A DNA stretch of 64,000 nt, taken from the IMG/VR virus record IMGVR_UViG_3300037510_000387. The stretch is one strand, 5' to 3'. How positions within the stretch are numbered: the first letter of the stretch is position 1; each line of letters opens with the position of its first letter. Shown here piece by piece: positions 1 to 8,086 of the stretch. Position numbers and translations under genes: made by a program. The notes beneath the pieces were generated by a model. That model saw only the letters and a program-made list of their open reading frames with translations, searched no databases and was not told where the DNA came from. Source of the stretch: a virus.

Positions 1-14
1 ATCCCTCCAAAAGA

Positions 15-566
15 TCAAGCGACGGCGCCGTAATTGGTCGCATCGCCGGTTGCCGCGTTGCCGATTTCCAGCTTGGCCCCCCAGGCTAGTGGCATTGCTC
101 CGTCTCCCGTGTCCTTGATCGACACTTTGACGAAACCGCCCGCCACATCGAAACGGATCTGCACGGAAGGGGCCGCTGGATCACTGAGCCAAACCGAGTA
201 CGTGTACTGCTTGGTGCCGTCGATGATGCCGATCACCGAGAATCGCTTGGGTGCGGCGGCAAGGGAAGCCCCCGCCGATCCCGTGGCTATCGTGCAGGCT
301 ACGGTCGAGGTTTGTGAGATCTGTGCGCCGACGCCGAACGACATGTCGAGTAGATCGGCAGTCGATCCACCGAGAGGGTCTGTGCCGGCGTTGGAGGTGA
401 CCGGGCAGTTCGTCTTGACCCATGCGGCGTTATCGAACTGTTCAGTTTTGGTCAGCAGGTTTGGGTTGATGACCGGAGCGGTAAACGACGCGACGTGGGA
501 CAGGCCGCCGGACAACCCCAGCGGATCGCCCAGGCCACCGAGCCCACGGTGCCACGAGAGGCTCAC
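15..566 (-). CDS. putative virion structural (fibre/spike-type) protein
   Basis: GTG start overlaps the TGA of the upstream gene (GTGA). NLLTKTEQFDNAAWVKT resembles a motif common in phage fibre/spike proteins; the protein is beta-rich in G/T/S/A. The ORF-track start at 947 overlaps another gene. Confidence 0.55.
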   Translation of the reverse strand: MSLSWHRGLGGLGDPLGLSGGLSHVASFTAPVINPNLLTKTEQFDNAAWVKTNCPVTSNAGTDPLGGSTADLLDMSFGVGAQISQTSTVACTIATGSAGASLAAAPKRFSVIGIIDGTKQYTYSVWLSDPAAPSVQIRFDVAGGFVKVSIKDTGDGAMPLAWGAKLEIGNAATGDATNYGAVA

Positions 567-877
567 AGTCCCAGCCCATCCATGCCCAGGAACGCGCGGA
601 ACGGCCCGGCCGCCGTTGTTCCCGTGCTCATCAGATGTTTCGGCAGGCCCAACTCGATGACCTGCCCCTGCGCGAGGTACACGTCCATGAGAGTGCCGTC
701 GAGCCAGGTAATCATGACCATGCCGCCGGCCCCACAGTTCTGGAGCCACTTGAACGGGACGCCGTTGCGTTGGAGGTTCAGGTCGGTTACGGTGTCGGAC
801 GGCGTGATCGCGTAGGGCCGGGAATAGCGCCGCGCGGGCACTTTGGCGTTGATGATCGAGGGTCCAGTGAGTGCCAT
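563..877 (-). CDS. hypothetical protein, probably structural
   Basis: 104 aa ORF tightly packed in the operon, with a beta-rich composition. Confidence 0.65.
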   Translation of the reverse strand: MALTGPSIINAKVPARRYSRPYAITPSDTVTDLNLQRNGVPFKWLQNCGAGGMVMITWLDGTLMDVYLAQGQVIELGLPKHLMSTGTTAAGPFRAFLGMDGLGL

Positions 878-880
878 CGA

Positions 881-1189
881 CTAAACCCCCGTCCCGGCCG
901 TACGGTCGTGAAGAATGATCGGCGAGTTGGGTCCGTACCCAATCCAACCATTGTGTCGATTCATCAAAGGGGTTGACTGGGCCACGGCTCGTGACAGCTC
1001 GCGTGACCAGACGTCCACAGTCTCGGGATCGCTGAGGTCAAAGTAGCTCGGCACGACGATTTTGCCATATTCGACCACGTCGACGGCTTTTGCGGCAGGT
1101 TCGGTCAGTGAGAGCTTGGCCAGCGGTGCCAGTGCCCGAACGATCGGCAGCGTAAACAGCCCAGCGAGTAGCCCACGCCGAGTCAACAC
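881..1189 (-). CDS. twin-arginine (Tat)-signal protein carrying a paralog of the major capsid protein N-terminus
   Basis: GGAGG RBS and GTG start; MLTRRGLLAGLFTLPIVRALA signal; residues YFDL...GP are 22/39 identical, ungapped, to the start of the MCP at 55487. Confidence 0.8.
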   Translation of the reverse strand: MLTRRGLLAGLFTLPIVRALAPLAKLSLTEPAAKAVDVVEYGKIVVPSYFDLSDPETVDVWSRELSRAVAQSTPLMNRHNGWIGYGPNSPIILHDRTAGTGV

Positions 1190-1689
1190 GTCAAACCTCC
1201 GCTACGCAACTGCTTACGGATCTCCAGATAGGCCAGGTGTGCCTCTTCGGGAGTTTCATAGTAGCGGCTTGTCTTCGCGACGCCCTCGAAGCGAGCCCGC
1301 GCATAAAAGCGCTTTTTGCACTTGACGTAATCAGGGAGCCGGATCACTCCTAACGGAAGATTATTCACCGTGGGCTTTTTTTGCCTGCGCTTATCGATCA
1401 TATCCTGCATGTTGTCGCTCAAGGTTCCAAGTCGCAGATGATCGGGGTTGACGCAGCATGGCGTGTCACACTTGTGCAGTACGTTCATGCCATCGGGAAT
1501 AGGGCCAACGTAAAGCTCGTAGGACACACGATGCGCCAGCTTCATGCCGCCACCGGTTCCACCGCCGCCAATGAGCCCGTAGCCGTTTTTTGCGCAGTGG
1601 GCATCCCACAGCCAGCAACCGGAGTTGGGCTCTGGGTAGTATTTGGACTCGAACCTCTCTCGGATCGGGATGCGAGTATGGTTAGCCAT
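1183..1689 (-). CDS. HNH homing endonuclease (HNH_3 type) with C-terminal AP2-like DNA-binding domain
   Basis: CWLW...AHRVSYELYVGPIPDGMNVLHKCDTPCCVNPDHLRLGTLSDNMQDM motif; C-terminal RFYARARFEG...YETPEEAHLAY. Confidence 0.9.
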   Translation of the reverse strand: MANHTRIPIRERFESKYYPEPNSGCWLWDAHCAKNGYGLIGGGGTGGGMKLAHRVSYELYVGPIPDGMNVLHKCDTPCCVNPDHLRLGTLSDNMQDMIDKRRQKKPTVNNLPLGVIRLPDYVKCKKRFYARARFEGVAKTSRYYETPEEAHLAYLEIRKQLRSGGLTC

Positions 1690-1691
1690 TG

Positions 1692-2210
1692 CTAAATTTC
1701 CGCATCCTTCAAAAAGAGCCCGCGGTTCGGTGCCAGCCGGTTCGTCACGCCGAGCGCGAACGCACAGAACACCTTGAGCGTTCCAGCCGCCGCCGTCGCC
1801 GACGCCGTACCCACCTTGAACGCACACCACTGATTGCCCACGTACCGGCCCACAGTCGCGGCGATGATCGAGTCGGACCCCGCGGCGGCCTGGCCGTTCG
1901 TCGAAAGCGAAACGAGTGTGAGGTTGACGGTGTCCGCGTCGTCGGTCACCACGATCGAGTACGTAAGCGCCGGGCTCACGTTCGTGTCCATGTCACTCGG
2001 GGTGGAACGCCAATTGAGGATGTACGCTCCGGCCGGAAACTTCCACAGCCGCACGATATTGCCCGCTCCCAGGCTCGTGCTCGGGATCGTGAACTTCTGG
2101 GCGATCGGGTTGTACGCCGGGCGCTTCTGGTCGCGTCGGGCGACAATGGATGCCTCGACCCAGCGGGTATCGAGACTGGCGAGCATTTCGGCCGCGTTGA
2201 CGGTTGCCAT
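1692..2210 (-). CDS. putative capsid decoration/minor capsid protein, paralog of 53837-54298
   Basis: GGAGG RBS; shares RLxKxP, SDxDT, SxxVTD and STxGQA with the gene directly downstream of the MCP. Confidence 0.65.
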   Translation of the reverse strand: MATVNAAEMLASLDTRWVEASIVARRDQKRPAYNPIAQKFTIPSTSLGAGNIVRLWKFPAGAYILNWRSTPSDMDTNVSPALTYSIVVTDDADTVNLTLVSLSTNGQAAAGSDSIIAATVGRYVGNQWCAFKVGTASATAAAGTLKVFCAFALGVTNRLAPNRGLFLKDAEI

Positions 2211-2357
2211 GAACGGGGTCCTCCCTCCGTTGGGCCCCACAGAGGCAGCAGACCCAGGAGCCGGCGGACGAGGGAGGGCGGCAGATTGGGGCCCCGACGT
2301 GCTGGTGTACCAGCCTCAAGCCAGGGTTAATTGGGTGTACGGCACCGGCTAGGGAAC

Positions 2358-2386
2358 AGGGTACAAGGAAGGAAGGGTCGTGTCAA
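2358..2386 (-). promoter_or_regulatory. sigma70-like promoter for the left structural cluster
   Basis: TTGACA-17nt-TACCCT in an intergenic region. Confidence 0.55.
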
Positions 2387-2545
2387 TGGGTTCGCGACAC
2401 GACAGGCGCGAGAGAGGATTCAGGAAGTGGAATTCCGGTATTGGTCAGCGTGTACGCGGGTTGGTTGGGGGCCCGTTTCCATTCGTAGGGTCGGTTCGAC
2501 TCGGTGACAGGCACAATGCCAACCAGTCCGGGTCGGTTGGCTCGA

Positions 2546-2869
2546 TCACGACGCAGGCTCCCTCGATACAGGGGACGCCAGACTGGCTTTGAGTGCAGCC
2601 ATCAAGTCAATCACTTCTTGAGATCGGCCGAGCGGTACGGGATCAGCCAACAGCTCGGCACAGTCGCCGGTTCGCGGTGGCACGTCGGACATCTCGTCGA
2701 ACATAGCGCCCATGATCTTGTACTCATCCATCTCAGAGTCCGTATAGTCTCCCTGGTCGTCGTCGGACTGTGGTCTCATCGTGTTGACCTCTTCCAGCAC
2801 GAGGCTAATCACCGGATGCCCTAGTCGGTATTTGCGGACTGCCAGCTCTTCCAGCTCGTTCGGGGTCAT
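2546..2869 (-). CDS. acidic hypothetical protein with Ku-like C-terminal motif
   Basis: AAAGGAG RBS; C-terminal EVIDLMAALKASL. Confidence 0.7.
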   Translation of the reverse strand: MTPNELEELAVRKYRLGHPVISLVLEEVNTMRPQSDDDQGDYTDSEMDEYKIMGAMFDEMSDVPPRTGDCAELLADPVPLGRSQEVIDLMAALKASLASPVSREPAS

Positions 2870-3039
2870 GGATTCTCCTTTCCCTGTACCGCTCGCACGG
2901 CGCGCATTTGCCACCATTCGATTTCGATCTCACAAGCACGGAGCACGTCGGTCGGCGCATTGAGCCGCCGGCTCTCGGCCAGCAGAGCACGATTCAGCTC
3001 CAGCATGTATAGCGGGTCGAGCCGGTCGACGTCTTTCAT
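2866..3039 (-). CDS. hypothetical protein
   Basis: short ORF with a 4-nt stop/start overlap with the next gene. Confidence 0.5.
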   Translation of the reverse strand: MKDVDRLDPLYMLELNRALLAESRRLNAPTDVLRACEIEIEWWQMRAVRAVQGKENP

Positions 3040-3044
3040 CACCG

Positions 3045-3584
3045 CTACTTCCACTTGTCAGGCCAACCGTCCGGTGGACGAGTCTCGTTCTTCTGTGTTG
3101 CTGTGTTGTACCTGTAGCGGTCGTGGTCGTGATCGGCCTTTTTTTGCAGCTTTCTCAGCCTCTCCTCGATCCCTACCGGGTCCCACTCATCGAACAGCCT
3201 TGTCAGCCTTTGCCGACACGCCTCGGCCGCCAGCACTGCCCGTTGCGCGATCTCGAATGGGGCGAACGTCGTGCCACTCGCGAGAATGGAGCACGCAAAC
3301 CCGAACACCCTGCCCAGCTCGTGTTCGGGCAACAGCTCGCCCGTCGCCTGGTCCCGGGCCAGGCTGTCTATTTCGCGGAACGTGGCGATGGCAAGGTCGA
3401 CGGCTTGGGCGTGCCCGACGCCGGATTCGAGAGCTGAGGCGACCATGGTCGTGATGAGCTGGTCACAACGGTCCACGTAGTCGCGCAGGGCGTCGAGGGG
3501 TTCGCCGCCGACGTTGGCCTCGATGGCGCGCTGGAGGTAGCGGCCATAAGGGCGGTCGTGCAGGTCGCGAAGAGGACGGGCCAT
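3045..3584 (-). CDS. hypothetical protein
   Basis: 179 aa helical ORF within the operon. Confidence 0.7.
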   Translation of the reverse strand: MARPLRDLHDRPYGRYLQRAIEANVGGEPLDALRDYVDRCDQLITTMVASALESGVGHAQAVDLAIATFREIDSLARDQATGELLPEHELGRVFGFACSILASGTTFAPFEIAQRAVLAAEACRQRLTRLFDEWDPVGIEERLRKLQKKADHDHDRYRYNTATQKNETRPPDGWPDKWK

Positions 3585-3589
3585 TGAAA

Positions 3590-3799
3590 TCAGCCCCCTG
3601 GCCCATTCGGTTTCGCCGGAGGCTGGCGCTTTCGCATGTGGGATTCGACGGCGGACTTGGCGCCAGCGCCCCCGTGCTTGTGCTCGCCATGGAACCTGTT
3701 GACGGTGCGAGCGGCAATCTCACGGGCACGCGGCCCGCTATAGTTGGCCAGGACGTGGCGGTACATCTTTTCCTCTTTATCCGACCACCACTGGGGCAT
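3590..3799 (-). CDS. ChaB-like small protein
   Basis: GGAGG RBS; SDKEEKMYRHV...AREIAARTVNR resembles the ChaB-like RQYEHIK...EIAARTVNK pattern. Confidence 0.55.
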   Translation of the reverse strand: MPQWWSDKEEKMYRHVLANYSGPRAREIAARTVNRFHGEHKHGGAGAKSAVESHMRKRQPPAKPNGPGG

Positions 3800-3998
3800 C
3801 GACCGGCCCTCCAAACTTTCGGTAGCAGTCGTCACAGATCGCGCCGGCCTCACCGTTCCATAGTCCAAGCCGACTCCGAGTGAGGCCGTAGATCGGTGAC
3901 GTGCACACTACACAGTGATCCGGAAGGCCCATCCGACTGGCCATCGTGTCGGCCAGCTCCATTCGACGATGGGCCCGATAGGTCGCTTCGTCAAACAC
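3777..3998 (-). CDS. small CxxC...CxxC zinc-binding hypothetical protein
   Basis: CVVC and CDDC motifs. Confidence 0.55.
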   Translation of the reverse strand: MFDEATYRAHRRMELADTMASRMGLPDHCVVCTSPIYGLTRSRLGLWNGEAGAICDDCYRKFGGPVDAPVVVG

Positions 3999-4002
3999 GG
4001 GC

Positions 4003-4215
4003 CTACTTGCCCTTTCTGCCCATCGCAGTGGCCGATGCGATCTGCTCGTTGATCCACTTGGCCATTGCGGTTGTGGTTTCGCGCATGTCGGCCAATTCCT
4101 TTGCCTGGGCCTGGACGGTCGCGGCCAGACGGTTGGGGTCGACGGAGCCCTCGGCGATTCGCGCGTCTAGCTCGTCGAGCGTGAGGGGTTGGACACGATG
4201 GGTCGGTTCGCTCAT
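4003..4215 (-). CDS. hypothetical coiled-coil protein
   Basis: AGGGAG RBS; operon packing. Confidence 0.6.
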   Translation of the reverse strand: MSEPTHRVQPLTLDELDARIAEGSVDPNRLAATVQAQAKELADMRETTTAMAKWINEQIASATAMGRKGK

Positions 4216-4237
4216 TGTGGATCTCCCTCTTGAGTTG

Positions 4238-4696
4238 CTACGGTTTGACGATCAATGGACCGTTCGCTCCAGCGCGTTTCGGCCCACCATTTCCCGTGAT
4301 GCTGGCGATGTCCTGCGGCCCTGCCAGCACGATCCCGCTCTTGGCCTGCCGCTCGGCCTCATCATACGCCTCTCGTGCCACCAACACCAGGTACGCCACA
4401 TGTCGCTCGCTCGCCGGGCCGCGAAAATTCAGGGCTACGTCGCTCGGGATCGTGAGCAGCAGGCGCCCGACGTCGACGTGAGTCGGAAGATCGCGAGCCG
4501 GGGTGTTCTCGGGAACGAGCTGTCGCGCAATCTCGGGCGTGATCGGTTGCCGGCGCCGCTTGGCCGTGATGATGAGGGTCGAGGCCGGATCGTGCGGGAC
4601 GAACACGGGCAAGGCGACGACGGCCGAGGGGTTCATGGCGAGCATGCCCGGCAGTAGTTGCCAAGGATTGGTGATGTCGAGAGTGATGTTGCTCAC
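4238..4696 (-). CDS. hypothetical protein
   Basis: GTGA overlap with the upstream gene; 152 aa. Confidence 0.65.
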   Translation of the reverse strand: MSNITLDITNPWQLLPGMLAMNPSAVVALPVFVPHDPASTLIITAKRRRQPITPEIARQLVPENTPARDLPTHVDVGRLLLTIPSDVALNFRGPASERHVAYLVLVAREAYDEAERQAKSGIVLAGPQDIASITGNGGPKRAGANGPLIVKP

Positions 4697-4890
4697 CGGA
4701 GCATCCCCATCAATCGATCCTCTTTCCGCCAGCGTTCGACCGTGTCGTCACGCAGGATCTGCCCGTTACGGAGCTTTTGGTAGCCGTCGCTGACATGGCG
4801 TTCTCGGCCACGCAGGAACTTGCCCAGCGGACGCTCGTGCGGATTAAGCGGGTTGTAGCAGCCTCGATACTCATCAGTGGTGGTGCTCAT
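4693..4890 (-). CDS. hypothetical protein
   Basis: ATGA/GTGA overlaps at both ends. Confidence 0.6.
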   Translation of the reverse strand: MSTTTDEYRGCYNPLNPHERPLGKFLRGRERHVSDGYQKLRNGQILRDDTVERWRKEDRLMGMLR

Positions 4891-5105
4891 CCTTCCTTCT
4901 CCTTTGCACGTTCGCGACGCGCGATTTCCCGCTCAAGGTACCACTTCGCTTTCTGTAGATCCTCAATCCCATTCTTGAGATCAGCGCGCCAGATGTACTT
5001 GATCGCGTTGCCAAGGCGAAATCCCATGTGCTCGACGATCTCGATACACTCAATGCCCGAGGCGTGCGAGATATAGTGCGATGGGTGGTTGACGTTATCG
5101 GCCAT
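4887..5105 (-). CDS. DUF3310 (SaV-like) protein
   Basis: VNHPSHY...IECIE...GNAIKYIWRA..KNGIEDLQKAKWYL signature. Confidence 0.85.
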   Translation of the reverse strand: MADNVNHPSHYISHASGIECIEIVEHMGFRLGNAIKYIWRADLKNGIEDLQKAKWYLEREIARRERAKEKEG

Positions 5106-5805
5106 CGCTCATGCCCTCGACAAACAGCTCCCACGTTCTTGGGAACAGCTCCCGCACGAACCCGCCCACAGCCGTCGCATACAGCCGGATCTCCTCCTGT
5201 GCGGCCTTATCCATGCGCAGGGTCAAGAACGCCAGCCAGTTACGCAAGTTGGCCGAGGCCCGCATCCGGGAATAGCGCGAGACGGGCGTGTTAAGACGGG
5301 CGATCTCTTTCGACAGTCCATAGATGTTGATGAGCGCGTCGTATTCGGCATAGATTTCCCGTTGCGTGTCGGCCAGCCGTTTCTGGATGATCCGCGCCTC
5401 GTCATCCGACAGTACTACTCCAGCTCCGGCCGCTTGCTTGTTGCGGCTCGCTTCGGCCGATCTCTTGATGCGATCGATCGACGGGATGTAGTGCAGGTCC
5501 GGCATCTGGACGTAGCGGGCACTCATCTCGTTGTAGCTCTGGGTGCGGTGCCGGTGCCACTCTCGGAAAACGAAAATGGGGGCCTGCGCCTCGATCACCA
5601 TTCCGGCCATCTCGAAGGGGGTGGCATGCTTGTGCTCGTATAGATAGCGGAGAAGCTTCTCGTCTCCTGGTTCGTTGGACGTTCCCCACCCCAGGAATCC
5701 CTTGGCCGTGCTCATACGAGCAGCTTCGATGATCCGTTCGTCGCTGCCCCACGACTCTACAAGCTGCACGTAGCCGTGGTCGAGAACGGGTACTTGGTTG
5801 CTCAT
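5095..5805 (-). CDS. thyX: flavin-dependent thymidylate synthase ThyX
   Basis: H.TPFEM and RHRTQSYNEMSARY ThyX motif; NLRNWLAFLTLR...AQEEIR. Confidence 0.95.
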   Translation of the reverse strand: MSNQVPVLDHGYVQLVESWGSDERIIEAARMSTAKGFLGWGTSNEPGDEKLLRYLYEHKHATPFEMAGMVIEAQAPIFVFREWHRHRTQSYNEMSARYVQMPDLHYIPSIDRIKRSAEASRNKQAAGAGVVLSDDEARIIQKRLADTQREIYAEYDALINIYGLSKEIARLNTPVSRYSRMRASANLRNWLAFLTLRMDKAAQEEIRLYATAVGGFVRELFPRTWELFVEGMSDGR

Positions 5806-6341
5806 TCCAAATCTCCCTCATCACCCGTCGCTGCCTGGGCCGCGTCTTCGTCCGTCGCCATGAACTCGGCGAACAAGTCGTCGGCCACGCCATCGATCTC
5901 GATATCGAAATCGTCCACGGAGCCAGCGCCCACACCAACTCCTACTGTGCTCAGTGCCGGCTCCGGTCGCGGCGTCGGCTCGTCTAGCTCCTGGTACATC
6001 TCACGCACCTCGCGCACCAATGCACGCCCCGGGGCCTCGGCCTGTTTCGCCGGGAATCCGCCACGAGCAGCCAGCACGGCTAGGAGAGCACGCTCGCTCG
6101 TCACCGCCACATCTTTTTTTGGGTCCGGACGAAGTCGCTCAGCGTTCACTCCTTCCCAGTATCCCTGGATGCTCCAGATCTGCCTACGAATCTGATCGAG
6201 CATCTTGGTGCGCGATTCCTGTGCGTCGAGCCACACCTCGGCGATCAGGCGACACCCATGTACCCACGCCACTCCAGCGATCAGAGCAACGGCCGGCCAC
6301 GCCAGCACAGCCAGCAAGTGCATCCATTGGTCAAAGGTCAT
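5802..6341 (-). CDS. membrane-anchored hypothetical protein with acidic tail
   Basis: GGAGGAG RBS; N-terminal hydrophobic helix; D/E-rich C-terminus. Confidence 0.65.
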   Translation of the reverse strand: MTFDQWMHLLAVLAWPAVALIAGVAWVHGCRLIAEVWLDAQESRTKMLDQIRRQIWSIQGYWEGVNAERLRPDPKKDVAVTSERALLAVLAARGGFPAKQAEAPGRALVREVREMYQELDEPTPRPEPALSTVGVGVGAGSVDDFDIEIDGVADDLFAEFMATDEDAAQAATGDEGDLE

Positions 6342-6624
6342 AGCTCCTCCCTGTTCCCTCAAGCATCTGGTCGATCTTGTCGCGGAAATCTTTGGCCGGC
6401 CACGGGGCTGTCTCTAGCAGTCCGCGCTCTCGCAGCGCATTGGCCACTTTCGGCCCCTCCGAATCCTCCCCATGCAGCACTCGATCGTACCGTTCCTTCC
6501 GAAGCACTTGGGCCACGACGGCAGGGTCAGTCGCGTCAAACCACTCGAACCGACCCTGGTCGTCGGGCTGCCACGCGACAACTCGGAACCGGGTGCCAAC
6601 GACCTCAATCACTGGAACGGACAT
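6331..6624 (-). CDS. hypothetical protein
   Basis: AGAGGAG RBS before MSVPVIEV. Confidence 0.6.
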   Translation of the reverse strand: MSVPVIEVVGTRFRVVAWQPDDQGRFEWFDATDPAVVAQVLRKERYDRVLHGEDSEGPKVANALRERGLLETAPWPAKDFRDKIDQMLEGTGRSYDL

Positions 6625-6934
6625 CGACCAACTCCTCTTCCTTGTCGCAGAACGGGCACGGCACGCCGGCACGTTGCCCCCAATGCCACACGTTAAGCCG
6701 GCACAACCCCAGCCAGAACCAGTGCGACGGGTACATATGCCAGAGGTGGGCCACATACCGTGCGATCTCGGCTCGAATCAAGCGAATGGGCGAATTGTTG
6801 TGATGTGACAGGTAAACGAGCCGAGCTGATTCGGCGATCGTGTAGCGGGTGCCGTGATCGAGCATCCAACGCAACCGGCGCACGCGTTCGTCGAACAAGT
6901 CGGTGCGACGACGGCCACGTTCGGGGGTACTCAC
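6605..6934 (-). CDS. hypothetical protein
   Basis: GTGA overlap with the ligase stop; C-terminal CPFC. Confidence 0.5.
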   Translation of the reverse strand: MSTPERGRRRTDLFDERVRRLRWMLDHGTRYTIAESARLVYLSHHNNSPIRLIRAEIARYVAHLWHMYPSHWFWLGLCRLNVWHWGQRAGVPCPFCDKEEELVDVRSSD

Positions 6935-7470
6935 GACATACCACCCCTCGATTTGGGCTCTTCGTCCTTCTCCAGTGTCTTTTTGAACAGATACCCGCCA
7001 GCGACGTGGAACACAACGACACCCTCCGGTCGCATGAACCCAGGAGCCGCGGCACTGCCCTCCTTCCGCAACATTTCGATGTACAGGTCGACCACTCCAG
7101 TGGCGAATGGTCCCTCGTACAGAACGGGCACGACGTGGCAGCATGCCGGCCGATCAGCACCCCATCGCCGGACGTTGAATAGCGAGAACCTCTTCTCTTT
7201 CAGGTCATAGCGCCGACCAATGCCCGATCCCCACCACTCGCCGTAGTGCCGACCCACACCAAGCCCATCGCGCAACTCGGCCTCGTGCTCGGCAACCCAT
7301 CGGGCAAAGCCAAAGTTATCATCCTCTGGCGTGATGTAGCGATTCCGGCTTCCGGCCAGCACTTGTCCGTCATCGAGCACGACGACCTGGGCGTTGGTGC
7401 CATCGATCTTCTCGGTGACGATCATGTCTCTTGCGATACGTGCGATTTTAGGGAACGGCTCGAATTCCAT
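6931..7470 (-). CDS. RNA ligase family (Rnl2-like adenylyltransferase domain)
   Basis: motif I EKIDGTNA, GSRNR, YGEWWG, FSLFN, EGVVV and terminal KK; AGGAGGAG RBS. Confidence 0.85.
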   Translation of the reverse strand: MEFEPFPKIARIARDMIVTEKIDGTNAQVVVLDDGQVLAGSRNRYITPEDDNFGFARWVAEHEAELRDGLGVGRHYGEWWGSGIGRRYDLKEKRFSLFNVRRWGADRPACCHVVPVLYEGPFATGVVDLYIEMLRKEGSAAAPGFMRPEGVVVFHVAGGYLFKKTLEKDEEPKSRGGMS

Positions 7471-7486
7471 CGAACTCCTCCTTTGG

Positions 7487-7894
7487 CTATTTGGGTGTCT
7501 TGGTCTTGGTTCGCGGCTTGGGCCCCGGCTTTTTCCGGCCCGGCTTTCCCTTCCGTCGCTGCCTGGGGTCATCCTCGTCCACCACGATCCCCATCGACTC
7601 CGCCTTGTCCCGGATCAGGGCACGGAGCGCCGACGACATCGTCAACTGCGCCACCGCGTCCTTCAACGTCATGCCCGGCATCGAGCGTGCCACGTCCTCG
7701 GCCATGCGCTCAGCGATCTGCCGCAACCTCTCCTTGTCCGACCAGTGGAGCCGGAACGAGGTCTGTTCGAGACCGGGGTCGGCAAGCTGGAGCAGGACAG
7801 AGGTTGGAGGACGAGGGACGTCGATCGGGCGCGGGGCCGGTCGCGGAGAAGGGCTCGGGATGAACCCGCCGGAGTTGGGGCCGTAGGTGCTCAC
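7487..7894 (-). CDS. putative ribbon-helix-helix DNA-binding protein with basic tail
   Basis: QTSFRLHWSDKERLRQIAER...SSALRALIR; K/R/P-rich C-terminus. Confidence 0.55.
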   Translation of the reverse strand: MSTYGPNSGGFIPSPSPRPAPRPIDVPRPPTSVLLQLADPGLEQTSFRLHWSDKERLRQIAERMAEDVARSMPGMTLKDAVAQLTMSSALRALIRDKAESMGIVVDEDDPRQRRKGKPGRKKPGPKPRTKTKTPK

Positions 7895-8003
7895 CGGGCA
7901 GGGGCTCCGTCTGGGTCGATCGAGGTTGCGGGCATAGTGTTGGGTTCCTTTCCCTTCCTCTATATATAAGGCCGGGTGCTCGGGCCCTCGTACGCGAAAC
8001 ATC

Positions 8004-8081
8004 TGGTGGACCGGCCGGGATTTGAGCCCGGGACCCTCTGCTTGCAAGGCAGATGCTCTCCCGGACCGAGCTACGCGGCCC
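8004..8081 (-). tRNA. tRNA-Ala(UGC), non-canonical
   Basis: Cloverleaf GGGCCGCG TA GCTC GGTCCGGGA GAGC A TCTGC CT-TGC-AA GCAGA GGGTC CCGGG CTCAAAT CCCGG CCGGTCC A CCA. It has G3:U70 and an encoded CCA, plus an extra base in the acceptor stem, G14 and C54. Confidence 0.8.
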
Positions 8082-8086
8082 ACGAG

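Noticed and set aside
929-1045. Diversity-generating retroelement TR/VR pair with the MCP gene
   Set aside because: Differences are synonymous third-position changes, not adenine-specific, and no reverse transcriptase is present
8004-8081. tRNA as attP of an integrating prophage
   Set aside because: No integrase or duplicated tRNA 3' end in the window; the HTH_17 gene alone is not evidence of excision
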